A DNA stretch of 64,000 nucleotides from Methanobacteriota archaeon (GCA_020348345.1 CP070748.1:875196-939195), one strand, 5' to 3'; shown: positions 1 to 9,379, numbered from the stretch's first letter. Notes: generated from the letters alone by a model not told the origin. Numbers and translations: made by a program.

Positions 1-33
1 TCAGCTCATCAAGCACATGCGCGACGTCCGCGC

Positions 34-552
34 TCATATGCCCGTCCAAGGTACGCCTTTGTAGGCGCTCATTACTATCTGCGTGTCGGTTTCCTTGATG
101 CCATCCATCTTAAGGAACGAGTCTATAAACTCCTGCAGCTCAGTCATTCCGACGAAGAGCGCAACGACGAGGAGGTCATACTCGCCCGTAACCCTGTACA
201 CGGCGACCACTCTGTTATGATTCGTGATATGTTCCACGACATCATCCAGCTTCTCGCTGAGAGATTTCACATGGACATATGCCTTGACAGTGTTCTCGAT
301 AAGCCGATAATCGAGATGTATGGAGAATCGCAAAATGATACCCTTGTCAATCAGATTCTTGATTCGTCTCCTCACAGTCGCCTCCGTCACGCTCAGCTTC
401 TTGGCTATCTCGGAGTTGCTCATCCTCGAATTCTCCCTCAGCTCACACAATATGTTGATGTCGGTCTTATCGATGGGCAGGAGCTTGAGATCGAGGCCTT
501 TCCATCTTTCGTGAATCTCGCAAGGATGGTCCAATGCAGATGATGAGGTCAT
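34..552 (-). CDS. Lrp/AsnC family transcriptional regulator
   Basis: 172-aa ORF. N-terminal HTH (ENSRMSNSEIAKKLSVTEATVRRRIKNLIDKGII) followed by an AsnC/RAM-type C-terminal domain. Length is typical of the family. Confidence 0.85.
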   Translation of the reverse strand: MTSSSALDHPCEIHERWKGLDLKLLPIDKTDINILCELRENSRMSNSEIAKKLSVTEATVRRRIKNLIDKGIILRFSIHLDYRLIENTVKAYVHVKSLSEKLDDVVEHITNHNRVVAVYRVTGEYDLLVVALFVGMTELQEFIDSFLKMDGIKETDTQIVMSAYKGVPWTGI

Positions 553-603
553 CGATTATACCCGACACGGGAAGGAGGAGCCCAGTACTTCAAACTAACG
601 GAT

Positions 604-666
604 TTCATGCAAACGAAGGCACCTGACGCATGCTTTTCGTACCAATGTGACGCTTATTTGCATGAA
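604..666. promoter_or_regulatory. 10-bp inverted repeat TTCATGCAAA (604-613) / TTTGCATGAA (657-666) between uppS stop and Lrp start
   Basis: The exact reverse-complement arms were read directly. They lie 52-114 nt upstream of the Lrp-family gene start (552, minus strand). Function as operator or hairpin is not established. Confidence 0.4.
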
Positions 667-692
667 TCGCAGGTCATAATGGCTAGAATGCG

Positions 693-1490
693 CTATTCTC
701 CAAATCGCCGCTTCCTCAGCTGATAGGAGCGCACAGCCCTCAGGAAATCCACCTTTCTGAAGCCTGGCCAATAGACGTCGGAGAAGTACAGTTCAGAATA
801 CGCAAGCTGCCACAGGAGGAAGTTGGAGATTCGCTCCTCGCCCGATGTTCGGAGTATAAGGTCGGGATCAGGCAGATCGGAGGTGTAGAGATATCCATAG
901 AAGGTGTCTTCATTGATGTCCTCGAGCCTCATCGTGCCGTCGCGTACGTCTCTGGCAACCTTTCTGACGGCCTGAAGCAACTCCTCTCGGCCACCATATC
1001 CTATGGCGATGTTGAACGAATACTCGCTGTATTCCTTGGTCCGCTCCTCAGCGTACTCGATCGACTCTCTGACGTCTTCGGGGAGCATCTCCCTCTGCCC
1101 GAGAACCCTTACCCGGATTCCATGTTTGTGAACCCGCTCCTCATCGGCAAGGTTTCTGAAGTTCTGGGCGAACATCCTCATCAGGTTATTGATCTCATCG
1201 GTCCCCCGACTGACATTCTCGGTGGAGAACGCGTACACTGTCAGCACGCGTATGCCAAGCTCGAGACACCATTCAATCATCTCCTCGAGCTTCTCTTTGC
1301 CCTTCTCATGCCCTTCGGCAACAAGCAGGCCGAATTCCTTGGCGTACCTTCGATTGCCGTCCATAATCACCGCGACGTGGCCTGGGACAGGCCGCGATGC
1401 GATCTCCTTAAGGAGCCTCTTCTCGTACGTTTGATACGCAGTTGATGCAATCGCTCTCGATATCTCGCCCGTCATTCGAGCAGCTTCCAT
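693..1490 (-). CDS. uppS: cis-prenyltransferase, undecaprenyl-diphosphate synthase family
   Basis: Motifs HVAVIMDGNRRYA and RTSGEERISNFLLWQLAYSELYF are diagnostic of the UPP synthase fold. 265 aa. Confidence 0.9.
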   Translation of the reverse strand: MEAARMTGEISRAIASTAYQTYEKRLLKEIASRPVPGHVAVIMDGNRRYAKEFGLLVAEGHEKGKEKLEEMIEWCLELGIRVLTVYAFSTENVSRGTDEINNLMRMFAQNFRNLADEERVHKHGIRVRVLGQREMLPEDVRESIEYAEERTKEYSEYSFNIAIGYGGREELLQAVRKVARDVRDGTMRLEDINEDTFYGYLYTSDLPDPDLILRTSGEERISNFLLWQLAYSELYFSDVYWPGFRKVDFLRAVRSYQLRKRRFGE

Positions 1491-1517
1491 TTCGCAGATA
1501 TGCTAACCGGATTTAAA

Positions 1518-2480
1518 CTATGCGTGTCTGAAATCCTCCGGAAGTCCCGCGCTATACAGACCGAGATCAGCGCAGCTTATCGCCGCTACTGCACCGATGG
1601 CGCCCCTTGCGCCGGTCACCTCAATGATTCTGACGTCGTTCGCGTCTGCGGCGTGCTCCGCGTCATGGATGGATAGGATTGTCTCCTTCGCCTCCGCTCC
1701 AAACCGCACTAACCTGGTAGGGATTGAGAGGCCTTCGAAGACTGCCATCACGGTCTCTTTCGAATAGGTCTGGTCTGAAACGAAATCTCTGGCCCATGAT
1801 ATGGCCTTCTCTTTCTCATCGGGTCGTACGCCGAGCGACACAGCCGTAGAGGAGCAGTTCGTGGTCTTCTGTGGCGCATGAGGGTTCAACTGGACAATCT
1901 TATGCGACAGGAACACGCCGAACGGTATCTCACGCGCCAGCCTGAGGCCCAGAACCCACGTGGCGCCCTTCTCCCTCGTGTCAGTATCGTCGATCCCCAG
2001 AATGAGTCTGTTGCGCAATGGGGTCGTCAGCTTCAGCTCGACCATTCGTGAGCCGCCGACCTCCTCGTCGCTCAGGAATTCCACCTTCTCGACTCCCTCT
2101 GCCTGGGGCAGGCAAGCTCCCACTCCAACGCTCGCGCCAGCCAGACCCAACCACGTTGTCTCCACCTTTCCGCCCCTGACGACTACCGACTTCAGAGCCT
2201 GGCCTCCTGTATCCTTTGAGACCGGCCCAAACCTGACCTCGCCCTCTCCGAGGCGAGCGTCCATTATGAGCGTGTTGCCCTGAACCTCGACATGGTTGGT
2301 GATTCCTCCCGATCTCAATCTATTGACGGCATCCCACTCGACCGGGCCTTGGGCGCAACATTCCTCGATGATTCTTGCCCTGCCTGCGCTCTCGTCCACG
2401 AGGGTGATGAATCTCTTCGCGAACATGCTTCCGTGGCGTTGTCTGATCTCGTCGGGAGTAGTAATGTTCACCATCGCCAA
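1518..2480 (-). CDS. Hypothetical protein with TiaS-kinase-domain-like C-terminal half
   Basis: Residues around 160-230 (LILGIDDTDTREKGATW...IVQLNPHAPQKTTNCSSTAV) resemble the GIDDTD / RLNPxIPxKTRGNGAV motifs of the N-terminal kinase domain of tRNA(Ile2) agmatidine synthetase. The N-terminal 160 aa were not recognised. No OB or zinc-ribbon domains. Confidence 0.4.
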   Translation of the reverse strand: MAMVNITTPDEIRQRHGSMFAKRFITLVDESAGRARIIEECCAQGPVEWDAVNRLRSGGITNHVEVQGNTLIMDARLGEGEVRFGPVSKDTGGQALKSVVVRGGKVETTWLGLAGASVGVGACLPQAEGVEKVEFLSDEEVGGSRMVELKLTTPLRNRLILGIDDTDTREKGATWVLGLRLAREIPFGVFLSHKIVQLNPHAPQKTTNCSSTAVSLGVRPDEKEKAISWARDFVSDQTYSKETVMAVFEGLSIPTRLVRFGAEAKETILSIHDAEHAADANDVRIIEVTGARGAIGAVAAISCADLGLYSAGLPEDFRHA

Positions 2481-3164
2481 TCATACTTCCAACGATTCGC
2501 CCGGCTCGAGAATGATTACCTTAGTATCAGGCGATGACCCGGCAACAAGGCTTTTGAACTCCGCTGCATCCTGGTCGATAGGCGCCCATGTGCCATAGTG
2601 CATTGGTATCACTGATTCAGGCCTTATCAGAGACGTCGCAAGGGCGGCCTGCCTGGGATCCATCGTGAAGAAGCCTCCAATGGGCAGCAGGGCCACCTTG
2701 GGCTCGTACATATCCCCGATGAGTTTCATGTCCCCGAAGACGCAGGTGTCTCCGGCATGGTACACAACCTTCTCCGTGTCAATCAGTAGGCCGACTGGCA
2801 TGGCGGCTGAGAACTCGAGTCCCGGAGCGCCAATGCTCGATGAATGAAAGGCTGGCACCATTGTTATCGAAGTGTTTTTCACCTTTGCAGTGCCACCCAG
2901 GTTGAACCCTATGCTTTCCACGTCGCACCGCTCTATGTACATTGACATCTCAACGATGCTTGCGACGACCGCTCCTGTGCGCCTCGCTATCTCGACAGCA
3001 TCGCCCAGGTGGTCGGCGTGCCCGTGAGTCACACATATCACATCACAGTCGACCTCGTTCGGCGACACTGACGCTTTTGGGTTGCCGGTCAGAAACGGAT
3101 CGACAAGCACCTTGTCTCTGCCTTCGATAAGGAACGCAGCATGCCCTAGCCATGTTATCTTCAT
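2481..3164 (-). CDS. UPF0173 family metallo-beta-lactamase-fold hydrolase
   Basis: MKITWLGHAAFLIEG...VDPFLTGNP...ICVTHGHADHLGD matches the UPF0173 signature. 227 aa. Confidence 0.85.
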   Translation of the reverse strand: MKITWLGHAAFLIEGRDKVLVDPFLTGNPKASVSPNEVDCDVICVTHGHADHLGDAVEIARRTGAVVASIVEMSMYIERCDVESIGFNLGGTAKVKNTSITMVPAFHSSSIGAPGLEFSAAMPVGLLIDTEKVVYHAGDTCVFGDMKLIGDMYEPKVALLPIGGFFTMDPRQAALATSLIRPESVIPMHYGTWAPIDQDAAEFKSLVAGSSPDTKVIILEPGESLEV

Positions 3165-3227
3165 TGTACCATCCAGGTAGACGAATGCCCCGATGCTATT
3201 TCTTAATTTGTGCTTGCAGCGAGGGTA

Positions 3228-4079
3228 TCACCCGCGTCCTCTTCCGACGTACCGTGCAGGCGCATCAGCCAGGCTGAGCGCGTACACAGCATCTGAACGA
3301 TAGATCAGCCATTTGCCCTTTATGCCCACCAACTCCCCTCTGTGCCTTCCTGGAGTCTCCCTCAGCAGAGGCTTCCGGTCGATCGGCAGCTCGATCGGGT
3401 ATGAATCGAGCCATCGGAGCTTGTCCGGCCTCATATCGAAGTGCTTCTCCAACGATGCCGCAAGCGTCGTGAACTGGTCCTCTATCGACTTCGGGTCAAT
3501 ATGCTTAGTGAAATCGTCCAACAGCGTCCTCTGTCGAAATGCCTGCGGTATCCTGAGCCTCGCGGATATCTCCTTCTCAGCGGTGCGTGTCCTCCTCCTT
3601 GTCGGGAGCGATGCGATCAACGCATACGCGTCTGCTCCCTGCTCGATCAGCCGTTCTTCGAGTCTCCTGGTGGAGCTCATGCCTATCTTCACACGGGTGT
3701 TGTAAAAGGCGAGGTAGAGTACGTGCTCCCTCTTGCAGAAGTCGACGTCACAAAGCTCTCCATCGCATTTTGGCTCGAACACACACTCCTGGTAAGGTAT
3801 GAACGATTCCTCAGCGCAGTTTGCGCACTGGGAGAACCTCGAGACCCGAGCTTCGTCTGGACAGCGCTTGTGACGCCCCTCCTCGAAGAAGCCTGTGCAC
3901 ATCTTCAGCTCACTGAAGATGTAGTCCACATCGTCCAGGTCCATCGTATTAGTGGAGTCATCGGAACGATCTACGCACACTAGATGCGGCTCATAACCGC
4001 CCCAACCGAACTCGACCACGTGATAAGGCAGTGAGGACTGCACCTGAGATAGCCATATCCGGTCCGCCCGCTCAAACAT
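3228..4079 (-). CDS. DUF2797-like Cys-rich protein
   Basis: Cys clusters (CPDE...CANCAEE...CDGELCDVDFC) are followed by HVLYLAFYNTRVKIGMSSTRRLEERLIEQGAD, which resembles DUF2797. Confidence 0.55.
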   Translation of the reverse strand: MFERADRIWLSQVQSSLPYHVVEFGWGGYEPHLVCVDRSDDSTNTMDLDDVDYIFSELKMCTGFFEEGRHKRCPDEARVSRFSQCANCAEESFIPYQECVFEPKCDGELCDVDFCKREHVLYLAFYNTRVKIGMSSTRRLEERLIEQGADAYALIASLPTRRRTRTAEKEISARLRIPQAFRQRTLLDDFTKHIDPKSIEDQFTTLAASLEKHFDMRPDKLRWLDSYPIELPIDRKPLLRETPGRHRGELVGIKGKWLIYRSDAVYALSLADAPARYVGRGRG

Positions 4080-4155
4080 GCGCTCAGTAGTACTTCGCCG
4101 CGGATGTATTTACCGTTTACCTGCTGGTATGCGAAAATGGAATGGCTCCGGTTGC

Positions 4156-4977
4156 CTATTCGGGCTCACCCTTGTCATCCGCTTCGGGTTGGTCCTCTGG
4201 AGTCTCAGCCATATCTGGTTTCTGATCGTCAGGCTGAGGTCGGTCCGGCGGGAATTCACTCAGGTCGACATCTATCTTCTTCAAGTACTTGGGCCCGATC
4301 TCCTCAGCGAGATAGACCGTCTTGCCCGCCTTCTGGACGACTATGCCGTCCTCGACCGCGCTCTTGACGTCCACCTCAAGTATCACAGGGGACTCCGTCC
4401 GGACTCTTCCAGCATTTACAGCGTCCTTCACAGTCTTGCTCAGGTGGACGCGTTTCCGATCGGAAGGCTTGATCCCCGTTTCGATTATTATGTCAACCTC
4501 CTCCTCAGTCGCTGGATAATACAACGAGTCCGGAATGCCGACATTGCTTGTGTCGAGCTCGACTTCGAACGAGTGGGCGTACGTGGCCCTGATCTTGCCA
4601 TCTTTGAATTCATATCGACCCTTGTTGTCAGTCTCGATAATTGCAAGTATGTGGTGAGGTCTCAACCAATGGTACCTTCTCTGTTTCGCCTGGATGGCGT
4701 TGACGAACCTTCGCAGATCGACGAAACCGTAGCTATCTACTTCGAGGTCGAATCTCTCGGGAAAATGCCTGAGCACTCCGGCTAGAGTTCTGCTGAGTCG
4801 GTCCAGTTCCTCTGAATTCATGAGGAATCTTCCCTCTTGTCCACATACCGGACAATAGTCGGCCCTGAAGTAACCGTGTTCTTTGCATTCCCTGAGCAAG
4901 CTATGCCCCCGATTGTCTCGGAATACCAAGAACCACAATATATCTTTTGGCTGCCCGGAGCCATCTCGGGCGCCCAA
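4156..4977 (-). CDS. kptA: RNA 2'-phosphotransferase (Tpt1/KptA) with N-terminal zinc-ribbon and acidic Pro-rich tail
   Basis: LSRTLAGVLRHFPERF, GRYEFKDGKIRATYAHS and RKRVHLS match the Tpt1 R-H-R-R catalytic motifs. Extra CKEHGYFRADYCPVC lies at the N-terminus, and a PDRPQPDDQKPD...EADDKGEPE tail at the C-terminus. Confidence 0.85.
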   Translation of the reverse strand: MGARDGSGQPKDILWFLVFRDNRGHSLLRECKEHGYFRADYCPVCGQEGRFLMNSEELDRLSRTLAGVLRHFPERFDLEVDSYGFVDLRRFVNAIQAKQRRYHWLRPHHILAIIETDNKGRYEFKDGKIRATYAHSFEVELDTSNVGIPDSLYYPATEEEVDIIIETGIKPSDRKRVHLSKTVKDAVNAGRVRTESPVILEVDVKSAVEDGIVVQKAGKTVYLAEEIGPKYLKKIDVDLSEFPPDRPQPDDQKPDMAETPEDQPEADDKGEPE

Positions 4978-5167
4978 TCGATGCTGGCCCCTTCTGCGCC
5001 CTGGCGGGGTTCTCGGAAGGCTTTAACTATGAAGTCGTACTATCGTCCGCCAAGTCGACAGACCCCGTTCGCGGTACGGCCAGACTGACTACCCGTCGAC
5101 AATGGCGGGCCTCAGCCCTGTATTGAATAAGGGACAGGTGCCTGCGAACAGAGCGAGGAGGGATTGA

Positions 5168-6472
5168 TTGGAGAAGAAGCGGGTTGTTGTGATAGGCGGT
5201 GGCATAGCAGGCATTCAGGCATCCCTCGACCTGGCCGATCGGGGCTATGAGGTGCATATTGTCGAGAAGTCACCCTCAATCGGAGGTCACATGGCGCAGC
5301 TGGACAAGACCTTTCCGACAAATGACTGTTCCATGTGCATTCTCTCTCCAAAGATGATATCCTGTGCGGACCACGCCAACGTCGTACTGCATACATACTC
5401 CGAGCTGGAATCGGTCGAGGGTTCCTTCCCCGATTTCAAAGTGACCATTCGCGAGAAGGCGAGATTCATAGACACGGACAGATGCACCGCATGCGGAGAT
5501 TGCATCGCGAAGTGCCCTGTTAAGGTTCCGAGCGAATTCGAAGAGGGGCTCTCTAAGAGGAAGGCGGTCTATCTCCCGTTTCCCCAGGCGGTTCCAAGGA
5601 AGGTCACCATAGACAAGAAGCACTGCCGCATGCTGACCCAGGAGAAATGCGGCGTGTGCAAGAAGGCCTGTCAGGCGGGCGCGGTGGACTTCGAGCAGGA
5701 GGATGCGATTATCGAACTGCGCGCCTCCGTGATCGTTCTGGCCACTGGGTTCGATCTGATGGATGCGGCCGCAATGCCGCAATACGGCTATGGCATTTGC
5801 AAGGATGTCGTAACCTCGCTCCAGCTTGAGCGCCTGCTTTCGGCATCAGGGCCGTCGAACGGACACCTTCGACGCCCTTCGGACGACAAGGAGCCTAGGA
5901 ATCTGGGGTTCATACAATGCGTTGGATCCCGAGACTCCAAGGCACGCAACTACTGCAGCAGCGTCTGCTGCATGTATGCAACGAAGGAATCGATTCTCGC
6001 GCGCGAGCACGCGCCCGACGTGGAGATAGCGATATTCTACATGGACATGAGGGCGACCGGAAAGGGATTTCAGGAATTTGTCTCGAGAGCCAGGGACATC
6101 TACGGTGTAAGGTATGTTCGCTCGAGACCGGCGAAGATCCAACCAGCGAACGGCGATAGCGGAGTTCTGATGAGCTATGAGACAAGAGGCGCAGCTGGAG
6201 AATCCAAAACCGAGGAATTCGATCTGATTGTGCTCTGCCCTGCATTGACGCCTTCAACCAACAACACCGATCTGGCGGAGAAACTCGACGTCGAGCTCGA
6301 CGGTGAGGGTTTCTTCAGAACACCAGACATCGCTCACCCTGTGGACACCACTGGCAAGGGTATTCTTGTATGTGGCTTCGCAAGCGGTCCCATAGACATT
6401 CCAGACTCAGTATCACAGGCATCAGCTGTCGCAGCCCGGGCTGCTGAACTCATAAGTGGAGGTGAGCGCTGA
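5168..6472 (+). CDS. hdrA: HdrA-like flavoprotein, FAD core plus inserted 2x[4Fe-4S] ferredoxin (no N-domain, no C-terminal ferredoxin)
   Basis: TTG start 8 nt after GAGGAGGG. Motifs VVVIGGGIAGIQASLDLA, GGHMAQLDKTFPTNDCSMCILSPKM, CTACGDCIAKCP and CGVCKKACQ. Its stop overlaps the next start (TGATG). Confidence 0.85.
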   Translation: MEKKRVVVIGGGIAGIQASLDLADRGYEVHIVEKSPSIGGHMAQLDKTFPTNDCSMCILSPKMISCADHANVVLHTYSELESVEGSFPDFKVTIREKARFIDTDRCTACGDCIAKCPVKVPSEFEEGLSKRKAVYLPFPQAVPRKVTIDKKHCRMLTQEKCGVCKKACQAGAVDFEQEDAIIELRASVIVLATGFDLMDAAAMPQYGYGICKDVVTSLQLERLLSASGPSNGHLRRPSDDKEPRNLGFIQCVGSRDSKARNYCSSVCCMYATKESILAREHAPDVEIAIFYMDMRATGKGFQEFVSRARDIYGVRYVRSRPAKIQPANGDSGVLMSYETRGAAGESKTEEFDLIVLCPALTPSTNNTDLAEKLDVELDGEGFFRTPDIAHPVDTTGKGILVCGFASGPIDIPDSVSQASAVAARAAELISGGER

Positions 6473-8166
6473 TGCTCAGGATCGGGGTGTTCGTATGTCA
6501 TTGCGGCCACAACATAGCATCGGCGGTCGATGTCGACGAAGTGGTCGAGTTCGCTAGGAAGCTGCCAGGCGTGGTGTACGCAGGACAGAACCTATACTCA
6601 TGCTCTCAGGAAGGACTAGGCTCGATAAAGAAGAGCATCGAGGATAATGATCTCAACAGGGTGGTCGTAGCGGCTTGCACACCGAGAACACACGAGCCGT
6701 TGTTCAGGAGAGCGTGCGAGCAAGCTGGCATAAACAAGTATTTGTTCGAATTCGTGAACATCAGGGAGCACTGCTCCTGGATTCATGCGAAGGAGCCCGA
6801 AGCAGCGACGGGGAAGGCGAAGAAGCTCGTGGCGATGGGAGTGGCAAAGGCGTCATTGCTTGAGCCTCAGGAGGAGGGGGAGTCCGCCGTCATCCCCAGG
6901 GCGGTCGTCATCGGAGCAGGTATTTCCGGGCTGGCTGCGGCGGCATCTCTTCTCGATCAGGGAATAGAGACCCACATCATCGAGTCCAAGAACTGCGTGG
7001 GTGGGCTTCTCAGGGAGGTGGCGGTAATTGGCCCGGAGGATATTGACTCCAGGAACCTCATCAACTCCCTCGAGAAGCGCTTGACTAGCTCTCCGAAGGC
7101 GCACTTGCATCTCAACTCCCGAGTGAAAGAAGTCAAAGGTTTCGTCGGCAACTTCGAGGTTACCATCGCCAAAGGAGATGAGGACATCACGGTCCAAGCT
7201 GGTGCAATAATCGTTGCGACAGGGACACGCGAATTCCAGCCTGCCGGAGAATACGGTTTCGACGAATACCCGGCGGTAATCACGCAGCTTGAGCTGGAGA
7301 GGAGGCTCGCGAAATCCGACTTCGCTGCAAGCAGGATGGCTATCATCAATTGCGCCGGGAGTAGACAGCCCGGGAGAGAGTACTGTTCAAGAGTGTGCTG
7401 CAACGCATCACTGAAGAACGCTCTCCGCATATTGGACAAGAATCCCGATGCCCAGGTAACCATACTTCATAGAGACATCATGAGCTGCGGAGCAGCGGCC
7501 GAAGAGCTTTACAGAAGGGCCTCCGAGAGAGGCGTCCGATTCGTCAGATACGGACTGGAGAAGCGCCCACAGGTTCATGCCAAGGAGAATGGTGTTGTCT
7601 TGGAAGCGTTCGATGAAACCCTGGACGAGACTATCGATCTAGACCTGGATCTCTTGATATTGGCTACTCCGCTCGTTCCCCCCGAAGACTCGGTTGAGAC
7701 AGGCAAACATCTGAAAGTCCCGAGGGACAAGTACGGATTCTTCCTCGAAGCGCATGTCAAGCTGAGGCCAGTGGAATTCGCGACGGATGGCGTATTCGTG
7801 TGCGGCTCTGCACGATGGCCCGTTAGCGCGAGAGAATGCATCTGGCAGGGCCAGGCCGCCGCTGCAAAAGCCTCGATTCCCATAAGCGAAGGCAAGGTTC
7901 GGATAGAAGCAATAACGGCGGAAGTGGACCCGGACAGATGTGCCGCCTGCGGCAACTGCGTTCTCGCCTGTCCCTATGAGGCGATTGAGATCGTCGAGCA
8001 CCTCGACACCATGGCTGCGAAGGTCAATGAAGCTCAGTGCAAGGGCTGCGGCACCTGCGTGGCAGCCTGTCATAACGATGCCATACAACAGAAGGGCTTC
8101 AGCAGCAGACAGCTCGGAGCGATGATAGATGCCCTCATCAGAACAGCAACGGAGGGGACGCAATGA
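6472..8166 (+). CDS. hdrA: HdrA-like protein, N-terminal cluster domain plus Rossmann domain plus C-terminal 2x[4Fe-4S] ferredoxin
   Basis: Canonical HdrA N-domain (IGVFVCHCGHNIA, NRVVVAACTPRTHE, NIREHCSWIH), then VVIGAGISGLAAA, then CAACGNCVLACP and CKGCGTCVAACH. Lacks the inserted ferredoxin and the DKTFPT motif. Confidence 0.8.
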   Translation: MLRIGVFVCHCGHNIASAVDVDEVVEFARKLPGVVYAGQNLYSCSQEGLGSIKKSIEDNDLNRVVVAACTPRTHEPLFRRACEQAGINKYLFEFVNIREHCSWIHAKEPEAATGKAKKLVAMGVAKASLLEPQEEGESAVIPRAVVIGAGISGLAAAASLLDQGIETHIIESKNCVGGLLREVAVIGPEDIDSRNLINSLEKRLTSSPKAHLHLNSRVKEVKGFVGNFEVTIAKGDEDITVQAGAIIVATGTREFQPAGEYGFDEYPAVITQLELERRLAKSDFAASRMAIINCAGSRQPGREYCSRVCCNASLKNALRILDKNPDAQVTILHRDIMSCGAAAEELYRRASERGVRFVRYGLEKRPQVHAKENGVVLEAFDETLDETIDLDLDLLILATPLVPPEDSVETGKHLKVPRDKYGFFLEAHVKLRPVEFATDGVFVCGSARWPVSARECIWQGQAAAAKASIPISEGKVRIEAITAEVDPDRCAACGNCVLACPYEAIEIVEHLDTMAAKVNEAQCKGCGTCVAACHNDAIQQKGFSSRQLGAMIDALIRTATEGTQ

Positions 8167-8582
8167 GCGAGTTCAATCCCAACATTCTGGCGTTCTGCTG
8201 CAACTGGTGCTCGTACGCAGGGGCGGATCTTGCAGGAGTCAATAGACTTCAAATGCCTCCGAACGTGAACGTTGTAAGGGTGATGTGCAGTGCCAGCGTC
8301 AAGCCTGAGTACGTATTCAAGGCAATCTCTCAAGGTATCGATGGTGTTCTGGTTCTGGGGTGTCACATCGGAGACTGTCATTACCTAACTGGCAATCATC
8401 GGACCGCAAAGCGCATACCACTCACCGCGAAGATTCTCGAGAAGGTTGGCATCGACCCCAGACGCGTCCAATTGGACTGGGTTAGCGCGGCTGAGGGTGA
8501 GAAGTTCCAGCAGGTTGTGACGCAGTTCGTCGATGACATCAGGAGCCTGGGACCCAATCCGATGAAGGAGGTGAGATTCTGA
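8163..8582 (+). CDS. mvhD: MvhD/FlpD-type [2Fe-2S] electron-transfer subunit
   Basis: ILAFCCNWCSYAGADLAG...VRVMCSASV...GVLVLGCHIGDCHY is the methyl-viologen-reducing hydrogenase delta subunit signature. ATGA overlap with the upstream gene. Confidence 0.9.
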   Translation: MSEFNPNILAFCCNWCSYAGADLAGVNRLQMPPNVNVVRVMCSASVKPEYVFKAISQGIDGVLVLGCHIGDCHYLTGNHRTAKRIPLTAKILEKVGIDPRRVQLDWVSAAEGEKFQQVVTQFVDDIRSLGPNPMKEVRF

Positions 8583-8599
8583 TCGCTGATGCCGAGAAG

Positions 8600-9379
8600 G
8601 TGATGCGCCTTGCATTCGAAGAACGGGGTGCGGACTACCTGCTCGCCATCAAGGAGGCGCATGGCCAGGCCGCTCCAGTGCTTCTTAGGAAAGGCGACGA
8701 TGCAGGTACCATGCGGTTCGACGTACCCTATCAAATGACGATGATTCTCACCAATATTAGTCGATTCATCAAGGAGGGCAGAATTGCTGTCGTTGCCCGC
8801 AGGTGTGACGAACGGGCAATAGCAGAACTGGTGAAGAGAGACCTCTTGAATCACGACAATCTCGTCGTCATTGGGCTTGCCTGCAGCGAAGAACAGATAC
8901 GCGAATGTCGATGCACTGACCCGTGCCCGAGCAGCGCGGACATCGGGCATTGCGCTGCCCCTGCCAAAGAAGACCAGGCGGCTTCAAGCATACAGAGCAT
9001 GCCTCTTCCGGACAGACTTGACTATTGGATAGATCAGTTCCGAAAATGCAACAAGTGTTTTGGCTGCACGTTGAACTGTCCTGTGTGCTTTTGCGACGAT
9101 TGCCTTCTGGAAGAGAAAACATTCACGCCAGAGAAGGGCATCCCACCAGGGCTTGCGTTCCACCTGATCCGTGCGGTGCACTTGGCCGACAAGTGTGTCG
9201 AGTGTGGGGAATGCGAGCGGTCATGCCCGTCCGACATACCGTTGCTGGCATTGAGAAAGATGGTCAACCAGGACATGAAAAGGATGTTCAATTATACCAG
9301 TGGCGATCCCGAACGAAGGAGTCCGTTGCTTACCACGCTCGAAGGTGACCCGATGGAGGATGATGGCGATGCCTGTTGA
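8600..9379 (+). CDS. 4Fe-4S dicluster electron-transfer protein (AsrA/HydB-beta-like)
   Basis: CNKCFGCTLNCPVCFCDDC and CVECGECERSCP cluster motifs. Sits between mvhD and fdhA. The start is ambiguous (GTG 8600 or ATG 8603, with a strong AAGGAGGTGA at 8565-8574). Confidence 0.6.
   Translation: MMRLAFEERGADYLLAIKEAHGQAAPVLLRKGDDAGTMRFDVPYQMTMILTNISRFIKEGRIAVVARRCDERAIAELVKRDLLNHDNLVVIGLACSEEQIRECRCTDPCPSSADIGHCAAPAKEDQAASSIQSMPLPDRLDYWIDQFRKCNKCFGCTLNCPVCFCDDCLLEEKTFTPEKGIPPGLAFHLIRAVHLADKCVECGECERSCPSDIPLLALRKMVNQDMKRMFNYTSGDPERRSPLLTTLEGDPMEDDGDAC

Noticed and set aside
4078-4785. 235-aa plus-strand ORF
   Set aside because: It is antisense to the well-supported Tpt1/KptA gene and has no motifs.
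5168-8166. The two adjacent hdrA-like ORFs as a single gene split by a frameshift (pseudogene or assembly error)
   Set aside because: Each ORF has its own complete Rossmann GxGxxG motif. The junction is a clean TGATG overlap. The identical two-ORF layout recurs in the second cassette (17964-20794), which argues for a genuine two-gene architecture.
9300-9368. N-terminal extensions proposed by the ORF track. This applies to fdhA here, and likewise to 22740-22937, 24669-24728, 27918-28028, 29890-30102, 49863-49949, 56145-56231 and 63775-63942.
   Set aside because: The extensions overlap upstream genes or lack similarity to family N-termini. Internal ATG codons preceded by GGAGG-like motifs give products that start where homologues start.
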